Positions 51,451 to 61,538 of a stretch of 64,000 nucleotides of DNA are shown piece by piece. The stretch comes from Acidobacteriota bacterium. Its GTDB lineage: Bacteria; Acidobacteriota; UBA890; WLXD01. How positions within the stretch are numbered: position 1 is the stretch's first letter; every line of letters begins with the position of its first letter. The translations under genes and the position numbers were made by a program. The DNA is taken from positions 448,001-512,000 of the forward strand of contig CAXWPH010000015.1 in the NCBI GenBank assembly GCA_963666055.2, given 5' to 3'. The notes below the pieces were generated by a model. The model worked only from the letters and a program-made list of their open reading frames with translations. It made no database searches and was not told the origin of the DNA.

Positions 51451-51747
51451 GCGGTTCGGGCGATCCTCATGGCCGCGTGGCGCGCGCCTGCGGTGTCCGG
51501 CTACAACAAACAATCAGGCGATACCGCTTCGCAACATGGCTCGTCCGTCAGGGCGCCGGTAACACCGATGTGCGGCGCAGCCCCGACTGCACATCGGACG
51601 GGAGGCTTACTGGTCGGGCTTCCGAAGCCACACGCGGGCCGGTGTGAACGTGGCGAAAGGGGCAAACCTCGTTCCGAGTCCTGGTTGGCCGGTGCCAATG
51701 GCCGTGTTGCGGGGAGGCTGTTCGTGGGGATCGCCCGTTCCGTTTTT
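51451..51747 (+). ncRNA. Putative structured ncRNA (about 295 nt), family unknown
   Basis: Own promoter, three nested long-range helices with G-U pairs, internal hairpins, T-tract end, no credible ORF. Confidence 0.65.
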
Positions 51748-51755
51748 CGGGACCG

Positions 51756-53810
51756 TTACTGGGCTGGGGCCTGGCCAGGGATCAAGTTCGCGGCAACACG
51801 CAAATCAGCCGCAGCGCGCAGGCTCACCGCAGCCGCAACGAGCTCGACTGCAGCGGCACGAATCGATGACGCCAAATCATCGAGCTCCCTGGCGAGCGCA
51901 CCATCATCGTCACGGCGCAGGGCGTGCTGAACCCCGGGCAGCAGCTCGGCGGCGTACAGATCGCCGGCGGACGGAGCGTAGAAGAGGTTCTTGAACCAGG
52001 GGCGAGCCGAGAGTCCGCCAGGCCGGGTAAACGCCCTCTCGACCCGTAATAGGTGATCGTTGACCCGTTGTAGTCCTATCGGCCTCTCGCCGGCCGACGC
52101 TCGCTGCAGCACCTGACGTGTGTTGGCCTCTAGCTCGCCGGCGGCCGCCGCCAGGGCGGCTATGGCGCGGTGCTGACGATAGCCAGGATCGCCGAATCGG
52201 TCCACGAACGTATGGGTGTCGTAGGCAGAGTGGTATACCCCCGAGCTCCCTGAGAATCCGAGCCCGACGGTAGGCACTCCGAGCACGGCCGCAAACGTCG
52301 CGTCGTCGGAGCCACCTGCCGGTAGCGGCACCCGCGGCTCGCCGCTGGGCAGCATGGCGGCGCGCCGGCGCCAAGCGTCGTAGATGCTGGTCGTCGCTAA
52401 CATCGGGTCGGCGACTACTCGCGTCGCGGAGCGGATGAGCGTGCGCAAGGAAGGCGATGCAGTGGCCGAGAAGTAGGGGCCGCCAACGACCCCGTCGAGA
52501 TTGATGTAGGCAACCGCGGAGCTGCGAAGCTGGTCCGCATTGGCTTCTGTCCATTCGGTGGAGCCGATCAAGCCCCACTCCTCGCCGTCCCACGCGGCGA
52601 ACAGAATGCTGCGACGAGGCGGCCAGCCGGCGGCGCTCAGCTCTGCCAGCGCGCGCGCCGCCTCCAGCATCGCCACCGTTCCCGAAAGATTGTCCACCGC
52701 GCCAGCCGTCCAGGAGTCGTAGTGCGCGCCGAGGATTACCCACTCCTGTGGCCGGTGGCGTCCGCGAAGCGTCCCCACGACGTTGCGGATTCTCCGTGTC
52801 GAGATGTCATGAAGCTCGACGCGCACACGCGCCCGAACGCCGCCGCCGCCGACGTGATAGTGAAAGGGCAGCGCCCCCTGCCAGCCAGCCGGCGCCTCGG
52901 TGCCGGCCAGATGTCGCAGAAGCTCCGCCGCCGACCCGTAACCCAGGGCGACGACCGGGATCGACGGAAGGGGTGTGACCGGAGGCGACTGGCCGGCTAT
53001 GGCAGCTCCGGCGGTGGCCGGCCGGCCCGGCGTGTTCGGATCACCCGGTGGTCCGATGCGCACTGAGCCGCGCTGCACACCGGTCCACGGCCGGAACGGA
53101 CCGCGCGGATACACGTCGCCACGGAAGTAGCCGTCGTCGAACGGATCTGAGTACAGCAACACGGCTGCGGCGGCGGCCGCCTCGGCATTGTGAACCTTGG
53201 CGCCGCGAAACACCTGGCCGTATCGCATCACGATGATCTTGCCGGCAGTATCGACACGCAGCGCCCGGAGCGCGGCGAAGTCAGCCGGCCTCCCGTAGTT
53301 GGCGTAGACCACGCCTGCCTCTACATCCCCGGCGGCTGAGTACGCTGCCACCGCGGGATACTGACTCGCACCGCTGGCCGCATCCTCGGGGAGCGGTTCC
53401 TCCTCGAGGCTCAGCGGCAGCGGCAGCGGCGAGAGGCGATCCACTCGCGCCGACCGCGCGTGTGGCAACAGCACGTCGTACTCATGCACCTGGACTTCAA
53501 GGCCCCAGCCAGCCATGAGGTCGGCGATCTCGCCCGCGGCGCGGGCCGCTGCAGGCGTGCCCGCTACCCTTGCCTCACTGCCAAGTCGATGCGCCATGGC
53601 GCGCAAGCGATCGGTGTCGGGAATGGCTGCGAGGCGCACCTGGCGCTCGATGGCGGCACCCCATGGGGCCTGGAAACCGCGTAAGCGAGTCGCCCCGGGT
53701 ACCTCGCCTCGTCCGGGTAAAGCCGACAACAGCATGGCCGCAGCCAGGCAACCACGGAAGGCTGTACGTGGCAGACTGGAGCTGGAGTTCCGTCGGTCGG
53801 TCGACAACAT
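51756..53810 (-). CDS. Glutamate carboxypeptidase II-like M28 peptidase (PA and TfR dimerisation domains)
   Basis: VYANYG, VQRGS, GAHYDSW, DNLSG, WDGEEWGLIGS, YHSAYDT, RPWFKN. Confidence 0.9.
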   Translation of the reverse strand: MLSTDRRNSSSSLPRTAFRGCLAAAMLLSALPGRGEVPGATRLRGFQAPWGAAIERQVRLAAIPDTDRLRAMAHRLGSEARVAGTPAAARAAGEIADLMAGWGLEVQVHEYDVLLPHARSARVDRLSPLPLPLSLEEEPLPEDAASGASQYPAVAAYSAAGDVEAGVVYANYGRPADFAALRALRVDTAGKIIVMRYGQVFRGAKVHNAEAAAAAAVLLYSDPFDDGYFRGDVYPRGPFRPWTGVQRGSVRIGPPGDPNTPGRPATAGAAIAGQSPPVTPLPSIPVVALGYGSAAELLRHLAGTEAPAGWQGALPFHYHVGGGGVRARVRVELHDISTRRIRNVVGTLRGRHRPQEWVILGAHYDSWTAGAVDNLSGTVAMLEAARALAELSAAGWPPRRSILFAAWDGEEWGLIGSTEWTEANADQLRSSAVAYINLDGVVGGPYFSATASPSLRTLIRSATRVVADPMLATTSIYDAWRRRAAMLPSGEPRVPLPAGGSDDATFAAVLGVPTVGLGFSGSSGVYHSAYDTHTFVDRFGDPGYRQHRAIAALAAAAGELEANTRQVLQRASAGERPIGLQRVNDHLLRVERAFTRPGGLSARPWFKNLFYAPSAGDLYAAELLPGVQHALRRDDDGALARELDDLASSIRAAAVELVAAAVSLRAAADLRVAANLIPGQAPAQ

Positions 53811-54123
53811 CGGGGCAGACTAGAGTCGCGGAACGCCAAACTCAAAGCAGCGCGGCCCCAGTTGGCCGCGGTCGGCGGGCGACTTGAGAACCGTTCGTAT
53901 GACGACAACTGTCCAAAACAGCGTCGATATGCGGTCGCACACCGATACAGACGCGCCCGGTGGTACAGCGCTGGGCCCGCCATCAGGGGCCCGTGCGGGC
54001 CTGCGGGGGAAACCGACCGACGGCACGGTGTTTGCACAAGAAACGATCGGATCGAGATTGATGGCTTTACTCGATGCCGAACGCCAGGGCTCGAGGGTGT
54101 CCCCGATCGGAGGAAGATTCGCA

Positions 54124-54936
54124 ATGCGCAACGATTGGCTTGAAAGACTCGAACGCGGTCGCCGTCATCTCGCCGCCAGCTGGCGAACGGCGACGCTCTG
54201 CTGGCTCCTACTGCTGGTTCCGGCCATCGCGGCAGCCACTCCCGACGACGAGCCCAGCAGCCCTACACAGGGGCCTGATTTCCGATTCAGCTCTCCGAGC
54301 AGCGCGTTGGGGATCCGCGGCGGTTTCGCCTTCAATCGGGCCGAGGGCGAGATCTTCGACTTCCTGACGGGTGATCTGACGCTCGAGCCCTCCGACTTCG
54401 ACGCCGGGATCATAGCGTTCGACTTCGGGATGCGGCTGTCGGATCAGGTCGACCTGGTGTTTGGCGTGGAGTACAGCCGCACGAGCAAGAACTCCGAGTA
54501 CCGGGATTTCGTCGACCAGGACGATATTCCGATCGTGCAAGAGACCACGTTTACGCAGGTACCGTTGACATTGAGCCTAAAGTGGTACCTGGGGTCGCGT
54601 GGACAGAGGGTTGGCCAGTACGCTTGGGTACCGAACACCGTCGTCCCCTACATCGGTGCCGGCGGTGGCTTTACCTGGTATGAGCTGGAGCAGGTTGGTG
54701 AGTTCATCGACTTTCGAGACTTCGCGATCTTTGAAGACACGTTCACCTCAAACGGTTTTACCGCTGCCGCCCACGCCTTTGCCGGCGTGGATATCAAGCT
54801 CACGCCGTCCATCGGGTTGATCATCGATGCTCGGTACCACTGGGCGAGTGCCGATCTCAAAGGCAACTTCGTCGGCTTCGCGCCGATCGATTTGAACGGC
54901 TTGCACGCCACCGCGGGTGTGGCGTTCAAGTTCTAA
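54124..54936 (+). CDS. Outer-membrane beta-barrel protein
   Basis: Signal peptide, amphipathic strands, VPYIGAGGG, terminal Phe (GVAFKF). Confidence 0.8.
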   Translation: MRNDWLERLERGRRHLAASWRTATLCWLLLLVPAIAAATPDDEPSSPTQGPDFRFSSPSSALGIRGGFAFNRAEGEIFDFLTGDLTLEPSDFDAGIIAFDFGMRLSDQVDLVFGVEYSRTSKNSEYRDFVDQDDIPIVQETTFTQVPLTLSLKWYLGSRGQRVGQYAWVPNTVVPYIGAGGGFTWYELEQVGEFIDFRDFAIFEDTFTSNGFTAAAHAFAGVDIKLTPSIGLIIDARYHWASADLKGNFVGFAPIDLNGLHATAGVAFKF

Positions 54937-54946
54937 GGGAGGGGTC

Positions 54947-56161
54947 ATGCGGGAGAAGAAACGATCGCAACGAATGCTACGAGGCGTGATGTGCTTTGCC
55001 GGCGCCGTCGTGATGGCGCTCGCACCTGCTGCCGCAATGGCGCAGGAAGCAACGAGTGCACCGGTCGACGCGTGGGCCGCGTGGAACGGCTGCTGGAAGT
55101 TGATCAACGGCCTGGACGACCGGGGCATCGGCTCCGCTGACGGAGAGCGCTTGGTGTGCCTGGAGCCGGGTCCCGAGCCGCGGACGGCCATAGTCACAAC
55201 TCTGATCGACGGCGAGCTGGCCGATACGCGCACCATCTACGGCGACGGCACCGCGCGTCCGGTCGACGACGGGAGCTGCACCGGCAGCGAGCGCACCCTG
55301 TTTTCCGCCGACCGCCAACGGCTGTTCAACCTCGCCTCGCTGCAGTGCGAAGACGGGATGGCACGCGAGGCCTCGGGAATATCGCTGCTGGCGACGCCCA
55401 ACCGCTGGGTTGATGTGCAGGTAATCGACGCCGCAGGCGAGCGCGAGGTCCTCGTGCGTCGCTACCGGCGAGTGGCCGACGAGACTGGCAGGAGCGTGAC
55501 GCGCTTCGGACTCGATTCCTACGCCATGGCCACCGCCGGCAGTCAGTCGACCGCAGCGTCACCGTTCGACGTGGACGACGTGATCGAGGCGGTCGCCATG
55601 GTCGACGCCGCGGCGGTCGAAGCAGCGTTGATCGAAACCAACGCCGGCTTCGACATGGATTCCTCGCTGCTGATGCGGCTGGCAGAAGCCGACGTCCCAG
55701 AGCCGGTGATCGATGTCATGGTGGCGCTGTCGTTTCCCGACTACTTCCTCGTTGATGGTGAGGAGAACACCGAAGAAGGTCGACGGCGGCGCTCAGGCTA
55801 CTACCCGGTGTACGGCTACGGTTACTGGAGTCCGGCGTTCGCGCCGTTCGGCTTCGGCTCCTACTACGGGTATGGCTACGGGTATGGGTATGGAAACGGC
55901 TATGGGTACTACTCGCAGTTCTCGCCCGGACGAAACATTGGTCGCCACGGCGGGCGCGTCATCGCCGGCCGCGGGTACGCCCGGGTCGGACTGAGCAGCA
56001 GAGCCCCCGACGGTTTCCGCAATGCATTCGGCGGACGCGGTAGACGGTCGGGAGGCTCGATGGGCTCCGGTGGCCGTTCCGGCGGGTCGAAGGGTTCCGT
56101 CAGTCCTGGCGGGCGCAGCAGCGGCCGGTCCGGTCGCACGGCCAAGCCGCGAGTTCAGTAA
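54947..56161 (+). CDS. Secreted hypothetical protein with Gly/Tyr- and Gly/Ser/Arg-rich tail
   Basis: Signal peptide, four spaced Cys, YGYGYG repeat; GGAGG RBS. Confidence 0.7.
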   Translation: MREKKRSQRMLRGVMCFAGAVVMALAPAAAMAQEATSAPVDAWAAWNGCWKLINGLDDRGIGSADGERLVCLEPGPEPRTAIVTTLIDGELADTRTIYGDGTARPVDDGSCTGSERTLFSADRQRLFNLASLQCEDGMAREASGISLLATPNRWVDVQVIDAAGEREVLVRRYRRVADETGRSVTRFGLDSYAMATAGSQSTAASPFDVDDVIEAVAMVDAAAVEAALIETNAGFDMDSSLLMRLAEADVPEPVIDVMVALSFPDYFLVDGEENTEEGRRRRSGYYPVYGYGYWSPAFAPFGFGSYYGYGYGYGYGNGYGYYSQFSPGRNIGRHGGRVIAGRGYARVGLSSRAPDGFRNAFGGRGRRSGGSMGSGGRSGGSKGSVSPGGRSSGRSGRTAKPRVQ

Positions 56162-56219
56162 GGCGTCAGCGAGACATCCACAGCGCAGGCTAAGCAGGCC
56201 GTGTTGGAAGTGTGGCCTG

Positions 56220-57403
56220 CTAGCTCTCGAGGCGCAGACGTAGCCCTTCTTGGGTTCGTTCCACGCTGACCCGAGCCTCGCTGCGCAGCAACGCCAGCAA
56301 CTGCTCGCCGACGTGCTCGCGCCGCCAACCCTCGAGAACCGGAATGCCGTCTTGCTCGGCGACGGCGTCGATTTCCTGGCGCACGAGCCGCTCCAAGTCA
56401 GCCCGCTTGGCGAGCAGTCGCGGGGCCAACCCCAGCTCGGCCGCGCGGGTTCGGACCACAGCATCCAGAAGCGACGCCAGAATCTCGACCGTCTGCTCAC
56501 CGCTGCGGGCACGCCGCGTGCGAGCCTCCGGCCAGGTAGTAGGGTCCGATTCCAGGGCCTCGTGAACCAATGCAACGATCGTTGCCGCGGAGCGTTGCGC
56601 CTCGCGTGGATGCAGCCCGCGCAGGCGCTCGACCTCCGCTTGCCGTTTCGGCGCTCGCCGGGCGATCTCGATCAGCACCCTGTCAGCCACCACCCGCTGC
56701 CGCGGAATGTCCCTGCGCACCGCCTCGCGTTCTCGCCACGCGGCGGCACGTCCGAGGATCGCGAGTCCGCGGCCCGTCAACGATCTTGCGCCCGACACGC
56801 GACGCCACATCTGATCGGGATCCGGGCTGGCGTTGACGCCGCGCATTACCCTCTCGAGCTCCTCTTCCACCCAAGTTTGCCGACCACGTTCCCCCAGCTG
56901 CGTACGCAACGTCCCCGCACACTCGAGCAAGTAGCGCACATCATCGAGGGCGTATTCAGTCTGCTCGTCCGATAGCGGCCGCCGCGCCCAGTCGGTGTAC
57001 GCTTCGGAGCGCTTCAGGGTGACCTGAACGACTCGCTCGATGAGCTTGGCGTGGCTGATGCTGTCGCCATAGCCCAGAAACGCGGCGGCTACCTGCGTGT
57101 CGAAGTGACTCGCGGGTAAGCGCCGGCCAGCCGTTGCATGATCTCCAGGTCTTGTCCGGCCGCATGCAGTACGAGCTCCGGCTCTGCGGTGAGCACCTGC
57201 CACAGCGGGCCGAGATCATCGACAGCCAACGGATCCACGACCGCCAGCACACCGGGGGCTGCGAGCTGAACGAGACACAGCCGCGGATAGTAGGTGCGCT
57301 CGCGAATGAACTCGGTGTCGACGGCCAGCGGGCTTACACCCCGAAGCCGCTCCACGAATTGCGCCAATGAGCGATCATCGCGAATGTAGAGGGCGTCGGT
57401 CAT
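56220..57403 (-). pseudogene. rnd: Ribonuclease D with a frameshift near 57120
   Basis: AVDTEFIRERTYYPRLCLVQ and HAAGQDL in one frame; FDTQVAAAF, DWARRPL, YALDDV, HRDC in another. Confidence 0.88.
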
Positions 57404-57486
57404 GGCATCATGCGGGCGGGCGTAGCGGCATCCGACTGATTGTAGCGGAAGGGGTCGCAGCGTCACCCCCGAAGGACCGATGCGGC

Positions 57487-59046
57487 GTGGCTCATGATCG
57501 ACGACACTGCGGCACAGCAAGCACAGCATCGAGCTCGGCCACCTCACCGCCGCTGCAGTCACTGTCGATCCTCGACGAGGTTGAGCTTGGCGAGCTAGAT
57601 CTATTTCCGGCAGCAGCCAACCCGACTGCCGGTAGTGCTCCGCTACCGCGCGTCGCGAACGTCGAAAACGCCACCAAGCCGTTCGACGAGAGCATCGCCG
57701 CGACCGTTCGTCGCGTCGCCGCCGGGCACATCACCCCCAGTGCGATCGTCGACCGTTGCCTCGAGCGAATCGCCCGACTCGAGCCACAGCTGAACGCCTT
57801 CGTGACGATCACCGAGGACCGGGCTCGCGCCGATGCCGCGCGGCTCGAGTCGTCGGCCGATGGCGAGCTGCCCGTCCTTGCCGGAGTGCCGATCGCGCAC
57901 AAGGACATCCTCATGACGGCCGGTATCGCCACGTCGGCGGGGTCGCGCCGACTCGCCGGCTGGATCCCCGGCACTGACGCGACGGTCGTTCGTCGACTCT
58001 CGGCGGCCGGCACCTTGCTGCTCGGCAAGGCCAACACCCACGAGTACGCCACCGGCGTCACCGGTACCGTCTCGGCAGCGGGTGCGACGCTAAACCCCTG
58101 GAATACGGACCGCATTGCTGGAGGGAGCAGCTGCGGATCGGCCGTCGCTGTCGCTGCCGGCATGGTGGCGGCGGCCACTGGCACCGACACCGGAGGCTCG
58201 ATTCGCATCCCAGCGGCATGCTGCGGCCTTGCCGGCATCAAGCCGAGCTACGATCGGGTCAGCCGCCGCGGCGTGCTGCCGTTTTCCTGGACACTCGATC
58301 ACGTAGGCGTCGTAGCGCGCCGTAGCGAGGACCTCGCCGCGCTGCTTGCAGTGATGCTCGACTCGCCTGCGGCTACCGCACCGCCCCGCCCACTGTCCGA
58401 GAGCCGCTTTGCAATCTTCGACGAGCTCTGCGACCAGTCTCAGCCAGCCGTCGCCGCAGCCGTGCGTGAGGCCGCAGTGACACTCGAGCGCTTGGGCGCC
58501 CGCCGATGCCTCGTGCCGCTGCCGGATTCGTGGCGCTTCGTGCATGCCGCCGCGACAGCGATCTTCTTGGCAGAGGGCGGAGTCGTCCACGGCGCCGCGT
58601 TGCGCGCCGCTCCGGGCCAGTACGAGGAGCCGACGCGCCGTTTCCTGAGTTCGGCCGAGGCCCTGCCGCCGGCCCGCTACGCACAGGCGCTGCGCGTGCG
58701 GCGGCTGCTGAGCTACCAATTCGAGCGCATGCTTCGAGGGGTCGATCTGCTCCTCTGCCCTACCCTACCTATCATCGCGCCGCCACTCGAAGCGGAGACG
58801 GTCGAACTGGCCGACGGGATCGTCGATGTACGCGCCGCGCTCACCCGCTTCACCCGGATATTCAACCTCACCGGACTTCCGGCAATCTCGCTCCCTTGCG
58901 GCTTCGACCAGGGGCTACCGATCGGTCTGCAGATCGCCGGCCGCCCGGGCGACGATGGCAACGTGCTACTCGCAGGCATCGAGTTTGAGGGCGCAACGGA
59001 CTGGGTGCGAACGCCGGCAATCACCGCACCGGGCTCACCCGTGTAG
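57487..59046 (+). CDS. Amidase signature family protein (start uncertain)
   Basis: IAHKD, GGSSCGS, GTDTGGSIRIPA, FNLTGLPAISLP. Confidence 0.9.
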   Translation: MAHDRRHCGTASTASSSATSPPLQSLSILDEVELGELDLFPAAANPTAGSAPLPRVANVENATKPFDESIAATVRRVAAGHITPSAIVDRCLERIARLEPQLNAFVTITEDRARADAARLESSADGELPVLAGVPIAHKDILMTAGIATSAGSRRLAGWIPGTDATVVRRLSAAGTLLLGKANTHEYATGVTGTVSAAGATLNPWNTDRIAGGSSCGSAVAVAAGMVAAATGTDTGGSIRIPAACCGLAGIKPSYDRVSRRGVLPFSWTLDHVGVVARRSEDLAALLAVMLDSPAATAPPRPLSESRFAIFDELCDQSQPAVAAAVREAAVTLERLGARRCLVPLPDSWRFVHAAATAIFLAEGGVVHGAALRAAPGQYEEPTRRFLSSAEALPPARYAQALRVRRLLSYQFERMLRGVDLLLCPTLPIIAPPLEAETVELADGIVDVRAALTRFTRIFNLTGLPAISLPCGFDQGLPIGLQIAGRPGDDGNVLLAGIEFEGATDWVRTPAITAPGSPV

Positions 59047-59149
59047 ACTCCGATGCGGCGGTTCGCCGAATGCCTCCCGATGCAGCGAGGGTCTGTCTGA
59101 GCGCGACCGCCACTCGTCGAACGCGCTGACACCTCGCACCCCGCATGAG

Positions 59150-60319
59150 ATGACGACTCCGTCGAGCACCGCGCCCGAAAACACCGTCGCCAGCAAGCTC
59201 GAGCGCGTTCTCGGAGCGTACGATCGAGGCCTCGCGGGGCCCACAGTCGTGGTCGCCGCGGTGATTCACGGTAACGAACCGGCCGGCGTGGTGGCGTTCC
59301 GCAACGTGCTGGCGCGCCTGGAAGACGACGGCGCCGAGCTGCAAGGCCGTTTCGTCGGGCTGGCAGGCAACCTCGCCGCCTACGAGCTCGGCCAGCGCTT
59401 CGTTGAAGAGGACTTCAACCGCGTCTGGTCTCTCCAGCGTGTGGCCAGGTTGAGAGCACCGGACTTCAGCGCCCGAACCGTCGAGGAATCTCAGCAGGCC
59501 GAGCTTCTCGAGGCGCTCGAACGAGAGTTGGCGCGCGCTGTCGGCCCGGTCGTTTTTCTCGACCTACACACCAGCTCCGCACCGGGCGAACCGTTCGTCT
59601 GCATTGGCGACACCCTCCGGAACCGAAGCTTTGCGAAGAGGTTCCCGGTGCCGGTGATCCTCGGCCTCGAAGAGCAGGTGGACGGCGCGCTGCTGGAATA
59701 CATGAACAACCTCGGCCACATCACCGTCGGTGTAGAGGCAGGTCAGCACGACCGGCAGCAGTCGATCGTTTATCACGAGGCGTTCCTGACCCTGGCCCTC
59801 GTCAACGCAGGTTGCCTGCCACAGTCGGCAGTCGCCGACTTCCAGCGTCACTTCAATGCGCTGCACGAGGCCACCGGCAACCTTCCGCCGGTGCTGGAGG
59901 TGCGCCATCGCCACGCGATCACGGTGGACGATGGCTTTCGCATGGGTCCGGGCTTTGCGAACTTCGCCACCGTGAGCGCCGGCGAGCTGGTGGCGAGCGA
60001 CGATAAGGGCGAGATCCGCACCACCGAAAAGGCTCGGTTGCTCCTGCCTCTGTACCAGGGGCTCGGCGACGATGGCTTCTTCCTGATGCGCGAGATGCGG
60101 CCCTTCTGGCTCGAGCTGTCGGCGTGGCTGCGCACCCTGCGGCTCGACCGCCTCGCCGCCTTGTTGCCGGGGGTGCGTCGCGACCCGGAAGAGATCGAGA
60201 CACTGATCGTCGATCGGCGCGTCGCCCGACGGCTTATCGTCGAGGTGTTTCACTTGCTCGGGTTCCGCAAGGAACGGGCCCGCGGCGACGTGTTGCGATT
60301 TTCCCGGCGACGCGAATAA
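59150..60319 (+). CDS. Succinylglutamate desuccinylase/aspartoacylase family protein
   Basis: IHGNEPAG, DFNR, LDLHT, VEAGQH. Confidence 0.88.
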   Translation: MTTPSSTAPENTVASKLERVLGAYDRGLAGPTVVVAAVIHGNEPAGVVAFRNVLARLEDDGAELQGRFVGLAGNLAAYELGQRFVEEDFNRVWSLQRVARLRAPDFSARTVEESQQAELLEALERELARAVGPVVFLDLHTSSAPGEPFVCIGDTLRNRSFAKRFPVPVILGLEEQVDGALLEYMNNLGHITVGVEAGQHDRQQSIVYHEAFLTLALVNAGCLPQSAVADFQRHFNALHEATGNLPPVLEVRHRHAITVDDGFRMGPGFANFATVSAGELVASDDKGEIRTTEKARLLLPLYQGLGDDGFFLMREMRPFWLELSAWLRTLRLDRLAALLPGVRRDPEEIETLIVDRRVARRLIVEVFHLLGFRKERARGDVLRFSRRRE

Positions 60320-60391
60320 GACCGTACCTCCGGCGGTGGGACCGTGCCTGACGCATCTCGGAAATCGGCTACCGGTCCGCTTCTACGGAGA

Positions 60392-61438
60392 TCAGGGCCC
60401 GTCGCTGATGTGGATGTCGGGCCATTGGTCGTTGCCGCTGTAGTGGGTCAGCCGCACAGCCGTTTCCCACGGCTGGCCGACCTGCCAGGCGAAGATCTCG
60501 TAGTCGGCGCGATCGTGCTCGTGCCCCCCGGTAGACGCTCCCCAAACCATCCAGGTGCCGTCGTCAGACAAGATCGGGAAGTACTCGTGGCTGTAGGGGC
60601 CTGGAAGGTCCATGAAGACCTCGGCGGACGATGCGTCGGAGGGACCGCGCATGATGCGTGTGCCACCCGTCCCGTTGGCGTCCATCCACAGCAGATCGTG
60701 CGTCCCCGGCACCCACGTCGTCTGGCAGGCTTGTCCTTGCGTTAGGCGCTCAAAGACGTCCGAGCCGACCGTCGTGGTGATGGCGCCGAACCCGGTGATC
60801 GCCAGTGCCAGCGTCTTGCCGTCGGGATGCAGCTCCGGATCCCAGTACATGTGACCGCCGAACCATTGGTCGACGTTCAGCAACAGGCTCTCCTCGCCAG
60901 CGTCGAGGTCGTGGCGATAGATGCCGCGATCGCGATGAAACACGATGCTGGCACCATCGTCGGCCCAGGTCGGGTGATAACCGTTGGTGATTCGTCGCTC
61001 CTCGCCGGTATCGAGATCGAGCACGTACACGTCCCATGACTCCTTCTCGCGGAACGAGACCCACTCGCGTTGGCTTCGCATGAAGACGATACGGCTCCCG
61101 TCGGGCGAGAAGCGGGACCCGAAGTCGACGTGCGGATGATCGGTCAGCTGACGAGCCTGCAGATCTGCCAGGTCGAGCAGGTAGAGATCGTGGTTGCCGG
61201 AGCGATTCGACGACCACACGATCCTCGCTTTGAGATCGCCCGCCAGGGCACGCAGGGCGTCTCGTTCGCGTTTGCGCAGAGCCTTCAGCCGGCCCTTCTG
61301 TGGCGGGATCAAATGCGTCGTCATGCGTGTTGGCAGCTCGGCGACGTCGCGCCAGCGCCCGGTGCTCAGCACTACCGCACCGGTGATCACGGCGGCGCTC
61401 ACCGTCAACACGATCAGTCTCTTGGCTGCTGGCTTCAT
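60392..61438 (-). CDS. TolB-like beta-propeller (PD40) protein
   Basis: WSSNRSGNHDLY, FSPDGSRIVF, PTWADDG; N-terminal TM. Confidence 0.8.
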   Translation of the reverse strand: MKPAAKRLIVLTVSAAVITGAVVLSTGRWRDVAELPTRMTTHLIPPQKGRLKALRKRERDALRALAGDLKARIVWSSNRSGNHDLYLLDLADLQARQLTDHPHVDFGSRFSPDGSRIVFMRSQREWVSFREKESWDVYVLDLDTGEERRITNGYHPTWADDGASIVFHRDRGIYRHDLDAGEESLLLNVDQWFGGHMYWDPELHPDGKTLALAITGFGAITTTVGSDVFERLTQGQACQTTWVPGTHDLLWMDANGTGGTRIMRGPSDASSAEVFMDLPGPYSHEYFPILSDDGTWMVWGASTGGHEHDRADYEIFAWQVGQPWETAVRLTHYSGNDQWPDIHISDGP

Positions 61439-61538
61439 CGCGATACTCCGTAGAATCTACGGTAGCATCCGGAGCGTCGCCATCTCACGTCCGGGACTCT
61501 GGTGTCGGAGCAAGCCCGATCGCTGTTGGCGCTCTTGA

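Noticed and set aside
51451-51747. RNase P, SRP, tmRNA or c-di-GMP-I riboswitch identity for the structured region
   Set aside because: No GAGGAAAGUCC, no SRP helix-8 GGAA/GCAGC motif, no tRNA-like ends; GGGCAAACC is not followed by the rest of the GEMM consensus
51469-51930. 153-aa ORF downstream of the plus-strand promoter
   Set aside because: No RBS, non-protein-like composition, and it runs antisense into the peptidase gene
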